From a virus, in IMG/VR virus record IMGVR_UViG_3300008113_000144, positions 28,981 through 92,980 of that record: a stretch of 64,000 nt of DNA; one strand, 5' to 3'. The translations under genes were made by a program, and so were the position numbers. The notes under the pieces are model-generated. The model searched no databases, was not told where the DNA came from, and saw only the letters and a list, made by a program, of their open reading frames with translations. Shown piece by piece: positions 1 through 9,620 of this stretch. Each line of letters starts with the position of its first letter. Position 1 is the first letter of the stretch.

Positions 1-2135
1 TTTGTGTCTAATGAATTTTTAAGTTTTTCGTATCTATTTTTTACCCAACGCTTGATTTTAGCCGATGCTTGAGCACCTTTTCCTACAGGATCTACAAAAA
101 TAGAAACATATCCTCTTGTATAAAATCTACCACCACTGATTCTTTTACAAGATTCAATTTTTCCATCAGTAGTTAAGATTGCTTCGTATTCGGCAAAATT
201 ACCTTTACCCAATTCATCAATAATTCTAATGATAGGTGGCGACGAATAGTATTGACCTGGATTATCTACTTTTATACTTGTAATTCTTCCTTCTGTTACA
301 ACAGCAGATAATTTTGCTCCTTCGCCAGATGTAATTCTAATTACAGGATCTTCTTGATAGTTGTCATCTGAAATTAAAGTTATTTCTCCAACTGTTTGTC
401 CAGACAAAGATGACAAAGCCTTATTTGGTTGCTCGTTAATTAAAACATAAGGAGCAGCTTCGTAACCATTGCCCTTGCTATCAATAGTAATTGTTTCAAT
501 CTTACCAAATTTTACAGAATCAAAATCTTTGTAACTAAAGATTGGAGTTCCATCAACTAAAATACCTACATCTCTATTTGTAGTTTGATATACTTCAGTT
601 GTTGTAGTTGGATTTTTTCTGATTAATTTTAGATGCTTTTGATCTGCTAACGGCTCAACAACTTCAGTTGTTAATAAATCAGTAACATTTGGGAAAGATG
701 AAGAGCAGATATAAAAATATTGGTCATCTTCATAAATTGCTGATACATCAGCATTTAAATCACCTACTTGACTGTTTACGCCAGGAACAAAAGAATTTAC
801 TTTATCAAAGTCTGTATTTAATAACCATCTTGTGGCATTTGATTCAACATCAAAAATTATTGGATGTCTAGATTCAAAACCAGAGCTTTCTGCTTGTACA
901 ATGTCTCCAGTTTCGGAATATGGCTTGCCATCTTTTGGTAATAGGTTATAAAGTACACCTAAAGTAACAAGAGTTACTCCCGATCCTTCAATAGTAGAAA
1001 AACTGTATACTGGCTGACCTTCTGTGTGTAATTGTTGGGCAGATCTTTCTGTGATAACAAATTGATTTAGGTTCTTTTCTGTGTATTCAAAAATTTCTGA
1101 GCCAATTTGTATTTTTCCTTGCTTTGGAAATCCTTGAGTTGAAAATACATCAATTCTTTTTCCTGGTCCATCAGAAGGAGAAATGTTAGTTCTTAAAGTT
1201 GTTTTACCAGCTACTCTAAAAGAACCATTTACTGTAGAAGGCTCTAAAACAAGCTCGTAAATATCTTCGTTTCCTGCTTTGCCAATGTAAGAAACATTGT
1301 CTACAACAGCAGAAGCAAAGGTAATAGACTTATCAAAATCATCTAAAGCTTGAGTAATTGTGTTGCCAACAAGTGAATTTACGTCACCAGAGATTACTTT
1401 TACTTTTAAAGCATACTTATTAATCCAATCTGAAGTTGATGCTTTTAAAGTAAAATCTTTTGGATTGTATACAGATACTTGCTCTGTAGGATCTTTAGAA
1501 ATGATAGAATTAAAAATAAATCTAATTGATCTATCAGTTCCTTTTGCTCTGTAGAAATCACCAATATTTTTAATTAGTGTTCTCTTGTCTACGTCATTCT
1601 TTAAATACTTTTCTGGAAACGCTCCGAGATATTCAGCTTCAAAGTTTTTAACAAAAGCGTATAAGAATAAATTACTAATGTTGAAAACTTCGTCTCCTGT
1701 GTAATGAGGAGCCGCTTGTGTAGTTACGAATTCGCTTGAAGTGTATAGATCTCCTAGAGTATTGTTGCCGCTAACACCTCTAGATACTTCTAAAAATTGT
1801 GTTTCTGTTCTTTCTTTGTAGAAACAGATCTCGTCACCAATTCTGATATAACCATTTTCTTCTGGGAAAGAAGAAGCATCTTCTACGCTAATTGTTGTTG
1901 CATTATTAGCAATAGATTGTGATAGCTTTGTATTTTGGTTTAATAAATTCTTTTCGTAAAAATTAATATCACGATACTTAGTGATATTCGATAAAATATC
2001 TAATGGCTGACCACGTAGTTCTAACTGCTCGTAGTATTTCTCTACAAACTTAGAAAAGTTTTCGTACTCGCTAGAAATGAACCCAGGTAATTGACTCTCG
2101 ATTAGGGTTGAGATTTTTCTTGTCTTAGCGGCCAT
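1..2135 (-). CDS. Large baseplate wedge protein (cyanophage gp7-like), 5' part; runs off window edge
   Basis: ATG at 2135 (MAAKTRKISTLIESQLPGFISSEYENFSKFVEKYYEQLE...), later IKNIGDFYRAKGT motif; directly follows gp6. Confidence 0.8.
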   Translation of the reverse strand, partial: MAAKTRKISTLIESQLPGFISSEYENFSKFVEKYYEQLELRGQPLDILSNITKYRDINFYEKNLLNQNTKLSQSIANNATTISVEDASSFPEENGYIRIGDEICFYKERTETQFLEVSRGVSGNNTLGDLYTSSEFVTTQAAPHYTGDEVFNISNLFLYAFVKNFEAEYLGAFPEKYLKNDVDKRTLIKNIGDFYRAKGTDRSIRFIFNSIISKDPTEQVSVYNPKDFTLKASTSDWINKYALKVKVISGDVNSLVGNTITQALDDFDKSITFASAVVDNVSYIGKAGNEDIYELVLEPSTVNGSFRVAGKTTLRTNISPSDGPGKRIDVFSTQGFPKQGKIQIGSEIFEYTEKNLNQFVITERSAQQLHTEGQPVYSFSTIEGSGVTLVTLGVLYNLLPKDGKPYSETGDIVQAESSGFESRHPIIFDVESNATRWLLNTDFDKVNSFVPGVNSQVGDLNADVSAIYEDDQYFYICSSSFPNVTDLLTTEVVEPLADQKHLKLIRKNPTTTTEVYQTTNRDVGILVDGTPIFSYKDFDSVKFGKIETITIDSKGNGYEAAPYVLINEQPNKALSSLSGQTVGEITLISDDNYQEDPVIRITSGEGAKLSAVVTEGRITSIKVDNPGQYYSSPPIIRIIDELGKGNFAEYEAILTTDGKIESCKRISGGRFYTRGYVSIFVDPVGKGAQASAKIKRWVKNRYEKLKNSLDT

Positions 2136-2139
2136 TTAA

Positions 2140-3948
2140 TTACTCGGGAAAAGCAGTGAACTTACTTTTTGCTATATCGATATCCAAATAGACATTACGA
2201 ATAGCATTTAAATCATTTGAAAATGGTTTTACACGTACTTCAATACGATTATCGTCGAAACTACCTTTAATAATAGTTAAATCGTATATCATTATCTCTC
2301 CTTTTTCATAATCAACATCACCTAAAGAATCATTTAAAATGATCTTATCACCAGTTAGAGAATCTAATCTATATAGGACAATTTTGCCAGCCCTATCCTC
2401 AAAATACACTGTAAAATTGGGGTAATCACTGGTTGTAAAACCAGTAGACATGACGACTGGACCATCACATGTAGAATCAAATTTATTTTGATAACAAAGC
2501 TCATAATAGAATTTTGAATTAAGTGATGGGAAGAAATCCTTTCTCATCAAAATCGAAGTTTGGTTTGAATTGATTGATCTATCAGCATCATCAATTACAG
2601 AAATAAATTTACTATATCTAAATTTACCATTGAATTTTTCTGTATCTGATTGAGCAATATACTCTTCCAAAGCAGAAATAATTTTACTACGAATTTCTTC
2701 TGGCTTTTGTGTAGTTTTTGATCTATCAAAATAAATTTTACTATTCATTTCAACATACAAAATTGATGGATCTAAAATTTCTGGGATAACAGATCCAACC
2801 ATGTAAGGCTTTAGTTTTCTAATAATTTCCTGTTTAGTCGTTGATGAAAGGAAAGCAGAATTTTTTGGCTTGATTACAATCTTAACCTTGCCATATTCAG
2901 GATTTCTTTCCTCTTCTCCACCATAAGTGATAATATCAGCAACAGCAGGATAAATGTTTCTGCCGCTAATAATAGCAGCATAGTCAGATGCCGTCACAGC
3001 ACGATCTTGAGTGCCGAAATATTTTGGAGCATTGAATTTGATGTTGGTGATAGATTCGATGCCTTCTCCTCCATCAGAAGGAGTGTTGGTGGAGTTTAGA
3101 ACAGTAACCTGTGTTGGATATACAGAATTTCCGTTAATATCTTCTAATACACCAGCAAACGTGAAAGTTCTTGCTCCATTAGTTAACGGACCATTTGTAA
3201 TCAAGTAAGAAATTTCAACAAATTCATTGCTTTCTAGCTTTCTGCCCAATATTCCATCACCAAAAAATATTTCATATCTTTCATCTTCAATTTCTTCGAT
3301 GTAAAATACTGTAGAATTTCTATTGACATTCAGAATGTTATCAGAATATTCGTATTCAGTAAATTGAGTGCTATTTTGATTTGGATATACTTTTACACGA
3401 ACGGTTGAAATATCAGCATTAGGGTTGTCAATAATAAAACGCTGAGATTTTAAAGCTGTGTTTACAATAAAGCTATTTGTTATAATACCACCTTCATACA
3501 CAGGAACATTTCTGAAAGCAGCAGTATTTGAATTAACAGCAGCTTCTTGTGCTTCTACTACAACATATTGATATAGATTCTCATCAAAAATTGTGTTGAA
3601 GCCAGTTCCTTTTCTTAAAAATATAGTATTTGGAGCAGTTCCTGTAAAAACTACGTCAAAATTTACATATGCTACTGGAGCAGTGATCGATTTTGGCTTA
3701 TAACCAATTTGCTTTGCTAATGATACTACATTGTCTCTTATCGTAGCGGAAGACAAGAACAGCTCATTAACCACCATATTGGTGTTAAATGCTGTATAAT
3801 AAGTATTATAAGCAAGTAAATCTACTAACGTACTAAGAGCAGAACCCTCAAAGTCGTAATCAGTGAAATCTGAATGGGATCTTAGATATTCGATTAATGA
3901 AATTCTAATCTGATCGAAATCTAGATTGTTTACTTGAGTATACGACAT
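2140..3948 (-). CDS. gp6: Baseplate wedge subunit gp6
   Basis: LDFDQI...FTDYDFEGS, FFGDG, QDRAVTASDY motifs typical of T4 gp6. Confidence 0.95.
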   Translation of the reverse strand: MSYTQVNNLDFDQIRISLIEYLRSHSDFTDYDFEGSALSTLVDLLAYNTYYTAFNTNMVVNELFLSSATIRDNVVSLAKQIGYKPKSITAPVAYVNFDVVFTGTAPNTIFLRKGTGFNTIFDENLYQYVVVEAQEAAVNSNTAAFRNVPVYEGGIITNSFIVNTALKSQRFIIDNPNADISTVRVKVYPNQNSTQFTEYEYSDNILNVNRNSTVFYIEEIEDERYEIFFGDGILGRKLESNEFVEISYLITNGPLTNGARTFTFAGVLEDINGNSVYPTQVTVLNSTNTPSDGGEGIESITNIKFNAPKYFGTQDRAVTASDYAAIISGRNIYPAVADIITYGGEEERNPEYGKVKIVIKPKNSAFLSSTTKQEIIRKLKPYMVGSVIPEILDPSILYVEMNSKIYFDRSKTTQKPEEIRSKIISALEEYIAQSDTEKFNGKFRYSKFISVIDDADRSINSNQTSILMRKDFFPSLNSKFYYELCYQNKFDSTCDGPVVMSTGFTTSDYPNFTVYFEDRAGKIVLYRLDSLTGDKIILNDSLGDVDYEKGEIMIYDLTIIKGSFDDNRIEVRVKPFSNDLNAIRNVYLDIDIAKSKFTAFPE

Positions 3949-4341
3949 TTATCGAGTTCTCTCTAAAAAGAATGTAACGGATTGTGGGAAGTCTTCTCTG
4001 CCAATAACTTCAAAAGTTAATTCAACTTCAAATCCATTAGAATCATAATTTGTAAATGTTTCTAATGAAACAATCGAAATTCTTGGTTCATAAGTTCTCA
4101 AAACATTTCTAATTTCATTTGTTATTTGAGCAGCTGTGGCAACATCCAATGGTTCAAATAACAATTTATTTAAAGATGACCCAACTTTAGGTTTGAACAA
4201 CCTTTCGCCTTTATTTGTTAATAGCAAACTAACAATAGCCTGCTTGATAGCAGCCTCACCCTTTACTGTAGTTAAGTCTCCAGTAATAGGGTGAGGTTTA
4301 AATGTTATATTCAGATCTTTAAAAGTCTGAAAATCGGGCAT
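3949..4341 (-). CDS. gp25: Baseplate wedge subunit gp25
   Basis: LLLTNKGERLFKP.VGS.L..LLFEP...YEPRI motif; adjacent to gp6. Confidence 0.93.
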   Translation of the reverse strand: MPDFQTFKDLNITFKPHPITGDLTTVKGEAAIKQAIVSLLLTNKGERLFKPKVGSSLNKLLFEPLDVATAAQITNEIRNVLRTYEPRISIVSLETFTNYDSNGFEVELTFEVIGREDFPQSVTFFLERTR

Positions 4342-4357
4342 AGGACTGTTTTTATAT

Positions 4358-4365
4358 TATTTATA
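4358..4365 (-). promoter_or_regulatory. T4-type late promoter TATAAATA
   Basis: Exact consensus 16 nt upstream of gp25 start. Confidence 0.85.
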
Positions 4366-4367
4366 TC

Positions 4368-4559
4368 TCACTCCTCAAACCTTTCAACATAATCATCGAA
4401 GCCGTTGGCACCGCCACAAGGTCTCGATAAACGATCTTCTGGTACTTTATAATTATTTTTTCTAACTTTTCTCAAGTGTTTTTCTGAAGCAAGGTCTGAG
4501 ATCAGAGTCATACCTGATTGAATAAACGCCTCACTTTTGTCTACGGGTGATAATGCCAT
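4368..4559 (-). CDS. Small hypothetical protein
   Basis: 63-aa ORF with GGAG SD upstream. Confidence 0.75.
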   Translation of the reverse strand: MALSPVDKSEAFIQSGMTLISDLASEKHLRKVRKNNYKVPEDRLSRPCGGANGFDDYVERFEE

Positions 4560-4603
4560 CTGTTTTCTCCTATAAGGTTTAAACAGAACTTTTAGAGGGG
4601 TTG

Positions 4604-5035
4604 CTATCCCTGTACAATCTTATTATACATCTCTTCCGTCCAAAATGAATAATAACGAGTTGTGTGGAGAGACTCTCTAGCTTTTAATAGTTTCTCTTTA
4701 TTTTGGCATAGTATCAAATTATATTTGCCATTATTTGTTTGTACGCCATTGATATAAGTGTGGTCATCTTTATGATCATCTAAAAAAATGTAATCGGGAT
4801 AAGCTTCGTTAAGCTGCCTACAACGCTCTAGAAGCTCATCGAGAGTATGAGAATCATCCAATACAAAAATAGCGACTTCAACCCCTTCTAGAGGCTGTAA
4901 GTCGCTAATCAGACGTTTTTCAATTTGATACTTAGCAAACATAGCGTAAGGGCAGGTGGCAAACCTGCCTAACTCACGCTTTGGTTTTGTAAGACTGAGA
5001 ATCCAGTCTTGAATGTCTTTAGTTACCTTGTCCAC
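4604..5035 (-). CDS. Hypothetical protein with CPYA motif
   Basis: Probable GTG start at 5035 overlapping the upstream small ORF; the longer start in the ORF track is unlikely. Confidence 0.65.
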   Translation of the reverse strand: MDKVTKDIQDWILSLTKPKRELGRFATCPYAMFAKYQIEKRLISDLQPLEGVEVAIFVLDDSHTLDELLERCRQLNEAYPDYIFLDDHKDDHTYINGVQTNNGKYNLILCQNKEKLLKARESLHTTRYYSFWTEEMYNKIVQG

Positions 5036-5162
5036 GATACTTTTTACGGGCATTGTTTCGACTAGTGCTAGCATACTTTGTATGCTTTCCATCTCCCTGA
5101 CGGGACTTCTTCGGTTTGGACTCAATTTGGTTAGCACCAGTAAACGAGGGACGCTTTGCCAT
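5019..5162 (-). CDS. Small basic protein (47 aa), not in ORF track
   Basis: MAKRPSFTGANQIESKPKKSRQGDGKHTKYASTSRNNARKKYRGQGN*. Confidence 0.7.
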   Translation of the reverse strand: MAKRPSFTGANQIESKPKKSRQGDGKHTKYASTSRNNARKKYRGQGN

Positions 5163-5199
5163 AGGATTAAAACTCAACTACCCCCCTAGTATACACCAT

Positions 5200-5529
5200 T
5201 TACTTCCTGGTGTCAACAAACACAGAGGTGGCACCAAACGCCGCCACCTGTCCCGAAGGACCAAACTGAGATGTTAATAAACTACCGATCACTGCCATTG
5301 GTTGCTTATCAACAAAAACTGTTGGTGAACCAGTTGATATACGATCTGTATGTACGTCAGGTGGTAGATGTTGATGAGGAAGCGTTTCGTTGCCTACATG
5401 GTGTACTTGCTTCCCATTGATGAATACCCCAGCAGAAGCTCCTGTAGGGGGCGGAGCATACCCCACAGGAGGCCATGGTCCATGTCCACTTGTCATGTCC
5501 TCAGGGGTGTATAGAGCAGGAATGTCCAT
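5200..5529 (-). CDS. PAAR-like spike tip protein (gp5.4-like)
   Basis: D.TSGHGPWPP, VFING, HQH, TGSPTVFV motifs. Confidence 0.85.
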   Translation of the reverse strand: MDIPALYTPEDMTSGHGPWPPVGYAPPPTGASAGVFINGKQVHHVGNETLPHQHLPPDVHTDRISTGSPTVFVDKQPMAVIGSLLTSQFGPSGQVAAFGATSVFVDTRK

Positions 5530-6257
5530 TACTCTTCTTCAAAATTATCTCCTTCAATATTTAGGATAGCATTTATTCTTCTACGCTTCAATAAAAACTT
5601 CAAACGCTCATTCGCTGCCTTTTGATTGTATTGTACAATCATATAAGCAGTTGAAGGATAGGTTCCTAATGTTGAAGTGATCACAACATCAAAATAAAAT
5701 CTCAATTTCTTGTTAATTTTCTTTAAATCGAAAGGTAAATTCGTTGGAAAGTTCTCTAAAGGCGCATAAAAGAATCCGTCACTCGTAAATCGGGTAACGG
5801 CATTTAAATATGACACTACAATCTCTCGATCATACCAATTTCTTTCAGTGAAATAACCTGAAATGGTACAGACGCCACCAGCCCCAGGCGTAGTGACCAC
5901 CAGAGGCTCCAGGAAGAGCCCAGGAGCCCAGAAAGGTGACACTTTAATCTTCAGGGGAGCATCTAGAGAACGGGTGGTTTCAGAGCCAGGTAGAGGGTCC
6001 TCAAGAACACATGATTTCAGAGTTATAGTCAGACTAGTAATAACCTCCAAGGGTGCTGTTGGGATAGCACTCACAGCTAATGTGAATGGCTGATAAGTGC
6101 TGATATAATTGGCATTAGGTCCGCCCTCCCCATCAGGTAACTTATTTGCTACTGGACGAAACTCCCAGGTAGCCGAAGGTATCGCTGGATTTGCTGTCGG
6201 TGGACCTGGGAGTGGTGCTGGTCCTACTGTGAGACCATCAACTAATAACGTTGCCAT
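5529..6257 (-). CDS. Hypothetical (probably structural) protein
   Basis: 242-aa ORF translationally coupled to PAAR gene. Confidence 0.7.
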   Translation of the reverse strand: MATLLVDGLTVGPAPLPGPPTANPAIPSATWEFRPVANKLPDGEGGPNANYISTYQPFTLAVSAIPTAPLEVITSLTITLKSCVLEDPLPGSETTRSLDAPLKIKVSPFWAPGLFLEPLVVTTPGAGGVCTISGYFTERNWYDREIVVSYLNAVTRFTSDGFFYAPLENFPTNLPFDLKKINKKLRFYFDVVITSTLGTYPSTAYMIVQYNQKAANERLKFLLKRRRINAILNIEGDNFEEE

Positions 6258-6441
6258 TTTCTAACTTTCTAAGTCTTTCATCGAGTTCATCCAGAAACTC
6301 AACAATATTTACATATTCTTCCCGTTGGGGAGGCTTGTACATCATTTTGAATGGGACTGGAAGCTGGTCGAGCTTAGCCTTGAGGTTCTGGACCAGTTTC
6401 ACCAAGGAATTCCATTCCTCTATTGTCACCTTGTTGTTCAT
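6238..6441 (-). CDS. Hypothetical protein
   Basis: 67-aa ORF overlapping neighbours; MYKPP motif. Confidence 0.65.
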   Translation of the reverse strand: MNNKVTIEEWNSLVKLVQNLKAKLDQLPVPFKMMYKPPQREEYVNIVEFLDELDERLRKLENGNVIS

Positions 6442-6622
6442 TCGTAACCTTCTCCTTTCTTACCATACTATCATAGATCGTCTCCACCGAGACTTCGGGT
6501 TTCATGCCAGCATAATACTGATTGGCAATTTCATCGATGTTGTTGGCGAATTCATTGAAGTTGTCAAACATCTTCTCTTGTAATACCCCATCGGGGGTTC
6601 TGAAAGTGATTCTGTGTTCCAT
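6374..6622 (-). CDS. Hypothetical protein
   Basis: Probable start MEHRITFRTPDG at 6622. Confidence 0.65.
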   Translation of the reverse strand: MEHRITFRTPDGVLQEKMFDNFNEFANNIDEIANQYYAGMKPEVSVETIYDSMVRKEKVTNEQQGDNRGMEFLGETGPEPQG

Positions 6623-6632
6623 AGCGACCTTT

Positions 6633-6965
6633 TTAGTTAAAAAATATCTTGAAAATTTTTTTGAAACTGTCGAAAATAAAATCCCAAATTCCATCCAGGA
6701 TTTTGTCTATAAAATCTGGGGAATGTGGTGTGTAACTGTATTTATTTGAATATTTTGTAGCGGAGCGCCGAGTTGATTTCGGTTTATTACTGGTACTGCC
6801 AGTTGACTCCCTGGTTCTTCGGCGTTCCCTTTTGTAATACTCTTTAAGGTTTTTACGTTTTTGGAGTTCTCTGGAGTAATTTGTTGCCTTTGATAAGTGT
6901 TGACCTTTTCTCATAATTTTTTTCTGGGCGGATTTTTTTATTTCTGTGAGAATCCTTTGAGACAT
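6633..6965 (-). CDS. Basic hypothetical protein
   Basis: 110-aa K/R-rich ORF. Confidence 0.5.
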   Translation of the reverse strand: MSQRILTEIKKSAQKKIMRKGQHLSKATNYSRELQKRKNLKEYYKRERRRTRESTGSTSNKPKSTRRSATKYSNKYSYTPHSPDFIDKILDGIWDFIFDSFKKIFKIFFN

Positions 6966-7290
6966 TTAGAGGGCTCTGGGAAACGTTTATAGCTTAGAAA
7001 GACGGTACTTTTTTGGCGACGCTCGGCGTTTATTATAATAAACGAACGATTACGATTAACTGTTAATTCTTTATACCTACACATACGATTAACTGCTATA
7101 AAGAATTAACAAACACTTAGGATTACAAAGTTATTATAATACACATGTAATCGTAAATGACTGTTTATTCTTATTACTGTGTAATTGTAATTATTGAATA
7201 ATAGTTATTATCATGTATTTTATGTTTTTTCTAATAATAATAGAATTACACATTTTCCACATTGTATAATAAACTGAAAAAAAGAGAAAA
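6966..7290. other. AT-rich non-coding region with palindrome, direct repeats and one TTTTCCACA box
   Basis: CGTTTATTATAATAAACG 7027-7044; TACGATTAACTG at 7051 and 7084; TTTTCCACA 7253-7261. Confidence 0.7.
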
Positions 7291-7291
7291 T

Positions 7292-7316
7292 AAAAAAAGG
7301 GGCAGATTCTGCCCCC
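7292..7316 (-). terminator. Rho-independent terminator closing the early region
   Basis: GGGGCAG-AAT-CTGCCCC stem followed by T7. Confidence 0.85.
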
Positions 7317-7337
7317 TGATAATTATAGAGAATTCGC

Positions 7338-7616
7338 TCAATCTTGGGCGTAAGGCAGTTGCTGAAGATCGCCGTTTTTCCGTGCCTTGGCTATCACTGA
7401 ACCGAGGGAGAATCCCAGGAGATCGGGTGATTTAATAATCTCGGCAAGGTGTACAGCAAAGCGAGATGTAGCATCGAAAGCGTATGCTTTCTCTGTGTTG
7501 CTCTGGTAGATGATTTCGACGCAATTCTCGTCGATCTCGATGTTATGAATTGCCGAGGATTCGTCAATAGTGAAAGTCCGAAAAATCGGGGCTTTGCTGA
7601 TAACGAAGGAAGGCAT
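7338..7616 (-). CDS. KTSC-like small protein
   Basis: SSAIHNIEI....VEIIYQS...AYAF pattern; similar to 11815-12039. Confidence 0.55.
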   Translation of the reverse strand: MPSFVISKAPIFRTFTIDESSAIHNIEIDENCVEIIYQSNTEKAYAFDATSRFAVHLAEIIKSPDLLGFSLGSVIAKARKNGDLQQLPYAQD

Positions 7617-7682
7617 GGGTTTGAGTAGAGAATGGGGTGGTGGGGGGGCGGTGTGCCCCCCGTTGCTCGCTATCCTAGCACA

Positions 7683-7979
7683 TCACAGGCGGCTGTTCCG
7701 ATCCTGTGCCCACATCGCCAGGCGCTGGGTGCTCGCCTTGCTGAACACCCGATCGTTCTGGGTGGTGCTGCCGTCAGCGTGGCGGACGACGTGGCGACCC
7801 GCTGCCTTGGCACACTGCTGGAGGGCACGGCGACCGAGGCGGTCGGTCTGGGCGAGGTTGAGCAGGAGGGCTGCTCGGTGCCCGCCGATCACCTGGGGGC
7901 GGTTGATCAGGATCTGAGCGACTCGCTCGGCGTCGCCCATGAAAGCAGCGAAGCGGGAGGAGGGGATGATCTTGAGCAT
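7683..7979 (-). CDS. Early hypothetical protein (SKAST-motif paralog 1, 98 aa)
   Basis: ATG 7979 downstream of TATAAT promoter; ends ...SKASTQRLAMWAQ. Confidence 0.7.
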   Translation of the reverse strand: MLKIIPSSRFAAFMGDAERVAQILINRPQVIGGHRAALLLNLAQTDRLGRRALQQCAKAAGRHVVRHADGSTTQNDRVFSKASTQRLAMWAQDRNSRL

Positions 7980-8079
7980 GGGTCTCGGGGGTGGTGGGGG
8001 GCGGTGGTGCCCCCCGATGTCGTAATTATAGCGGATCGGGGGTGGCTGTCGAGGGTCGGCAGCCAGTTCCCGAAGTGTC

Positions 8080-8244
8080 CTAGTGGCGGTCGGAGATGTT
8101 CCAGGTGGTGGTAGGAACGGGGGTGAGCTTACCAGCTCGGATCGCCTGCCGCTGCTCGTGCTCACGCTGGAGGGTCGCCATGTAGGCTGCCATCGCCATC
8201 TGGCAGGCGGGGTCGTTCTTGGCGAATTCGTTGGTGATGAACAT
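8080..8244 (-). CDS. Early hypothetical protein (54 aa)
   Basis: MFITNEFAKNDPACQMAMAAY...WNISDRH*; own TATAAT promoter at 8269-8274. Confidence 0.7.
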   Translation of the reverse strand: MFITNEFAKNDPACQMAMAAYMATLQREHEQRQAIRAGKLTPVPTTTWNISDRH

Positions 8245-8279
8245 GGGGTGTCGGTTGCTGACTCTGTAATTATAACGGG

Positions 8280-8456
8280 TCAGGGGAGCTGGCAGCTGCC
8301 AGGGAGGACACTGTTGTAAGTGTCACAGCGGCGCTCGGTGGCGGTGTTGACTGCCTGGACAGTATCGGCAGCGAACCCGATGGCTGCCCCACCCACGGTG
8401 GCGATGGGAGCGTAGAAGGCAGCACCGAGGGCGAGCAGGGCGATGGTCTTGAGCAT
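8280..8456 (-). CDS. Small membrane/secreted peptide (58 aa)
   Basis: MLKTIALLALGAAFYAPIATVGG...; own TATACT promoter at 8480-8485. Confidence 0.65.
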   Translation of the reverse strand: MLKTIALLALGAAFYAPIATVGGAAIGFAADTVQAVNTATERRCDTYNSVLPGSCQLP

Positions 8457-8523
8457 GGGTGGGGGTGTCGCTGGTGATCAGTATAGCATGGGGGAGGGCA
8501 CCGCTGTGGGTGCCCGTGGGTGC

Positions 8524-8778
8524 TCAGGGAGTAGGATCGAAACCGTCGAAGATTTCCTTTACAATGTCTTCGTGTGTTTGCTGGTTGAGTATACCAGAGA
8601 CGGCGATCTCTTCTGCCCATTCCCAATCCTCAGTGCCACCAGTGAGTACATCAAGGGGGAAGATGTGGGGGTGGATTGTGTTGAGAAGATCCTCGATCTT
8701 ACCCAGCTCAGTGTAGAGATCGGTGGGGATCTCCCATGCTTCGTCGATCTGAACCGTGTCGGTGAAAGCGTAGCTCAT
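8524..8778 (-). CDS. Acidic early hypothetical protein (84 aa)
   Basis: MSYAFTDTVQIDEAWEIP..., promoter 8803-8808. Confidence 0.7.
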   Translation of the reverse strand: MSYAFTDTVQIDEAWEIPTDLYTELGKIEDLLNTIHPHIFPLDVLTGGTEDWEWAEEIAVSGILNQQTHEDIVKEIFDGFDPTP

Positions 8779-8790
8779 GGGGTGTCTGTG

Positions 8791-9620
8791 GTTGACTTGA
8801 TCAGTATAGGGGGCAGGTGGGGGCATTGCTGCCCCCTGGTGGACAGTGCTCAGGCTGTCACAGCTTCACGAACTGTAACCTTCTGGATCTTACGGTTTGC
8901 CCTGGAAGCTTTGCCCCATTCGCTACCCTTAGGCTGTGTACCGTGTACCAGGAGAGCGAACGGACCATCCTCAAAACAGGAGCGATCCTTTACATCAACC
9001 TTGAAACCTGCTGCCTTAGCATGTGCTTCGGTCATGAACACTTTACTATAGCGAGGGAACACACCTTCGTCGATGAGATAATCGAACTTGCCACCATAGC
9101 TAGCGGTGAAGTAGAAATTATCGGGAAGGTTGAGACCAACAAACAGCGGCAGATTCTTGCTGTAGCAGTAGAACTTGATCGTAGGATTGTGGCGAGCAAC
9201 CAACAACCAAGCGAGCAAATACTCTGCTGTGAAGAAGTCACCAGACTCGTGGATTCTCACTTTAGTGATAGATTTAGTGAGATTCTTCTGGAGTTCTTTG
9301 TTGATGAGATCAGCACAGTTACCCTCTTTGAGAGCTTCACGGATCGCCTGAAGGTTACGCTGTCTTGCTTCGTATACTTTCGTATACTGTACTTCACTGC
9401 TAGCAGCAAAGCAGCGAAACTCAGTCTGAGGACCATCCCAAATCTTGCGTTTGCCGTTAGAATCAATCCGAACCATTGAGAGACACTGACTAGCACCAGG
9501 GCAGGTTGTACCTGCTGGCAGGTTGAAGATCAGGGTCTGTTTGTCGAGCTTGTCGTTGCCTTTGGAGAAGCTGAGCATGGCTCTGTCGTTGTTGACTTGA
9601 TCAGTATAGGGGGCAGGTGG
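8791..9620. repeat. 30-bp perfect direct repeat (8791-8820 and 9591-9620) flanking the GP88-like gene
   Basis: GTTGACTTGATCAGTATAGGGGGCAGGTGG twice, 800 bp apart. Confidence 0.95.
8850..9578 (-). CDS. GP88-family protein
   Basis: FNLPAG.TCPGA..C, CFAA, VRIHESGDFF, FYCYSK motifs. Confidence 0.75.
   Translation of the reverse strand: MLSFSKGNDKLDKQTLIFNLPAGTTCPGASQCLSMVRIDSNGKRKIWDGPQTEFRCFAASSEVQYTKVYEARQRNLQAIREALKEGNCADLINKELQKNLTKSITKVRIHESGDFFTAEYLLAWLLVARHNPTIKFYCYSKNLPLFVGLNLPDNFYFTASYGGKFDYLIDEGVFPRYSKVFMTEAHAKAAGFKVDVKDRSCFEDGPFALLVHGTQPKGSEWGKASRANRKIQKVTVREAVTA

Noticed and set aside
5036-5137. N-terminal extension of ORF 4604-5137
   Set aside because: Overlaps a more plausible 47-aa ORF (5019-5162)
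7683-8826. Long Pro-rich N-termini of track ORFs 7683-8165, 8270-8626 and 8524-8826
   Set aside because: They run through promoter/box elements; the true starts lie just downstream of each -10
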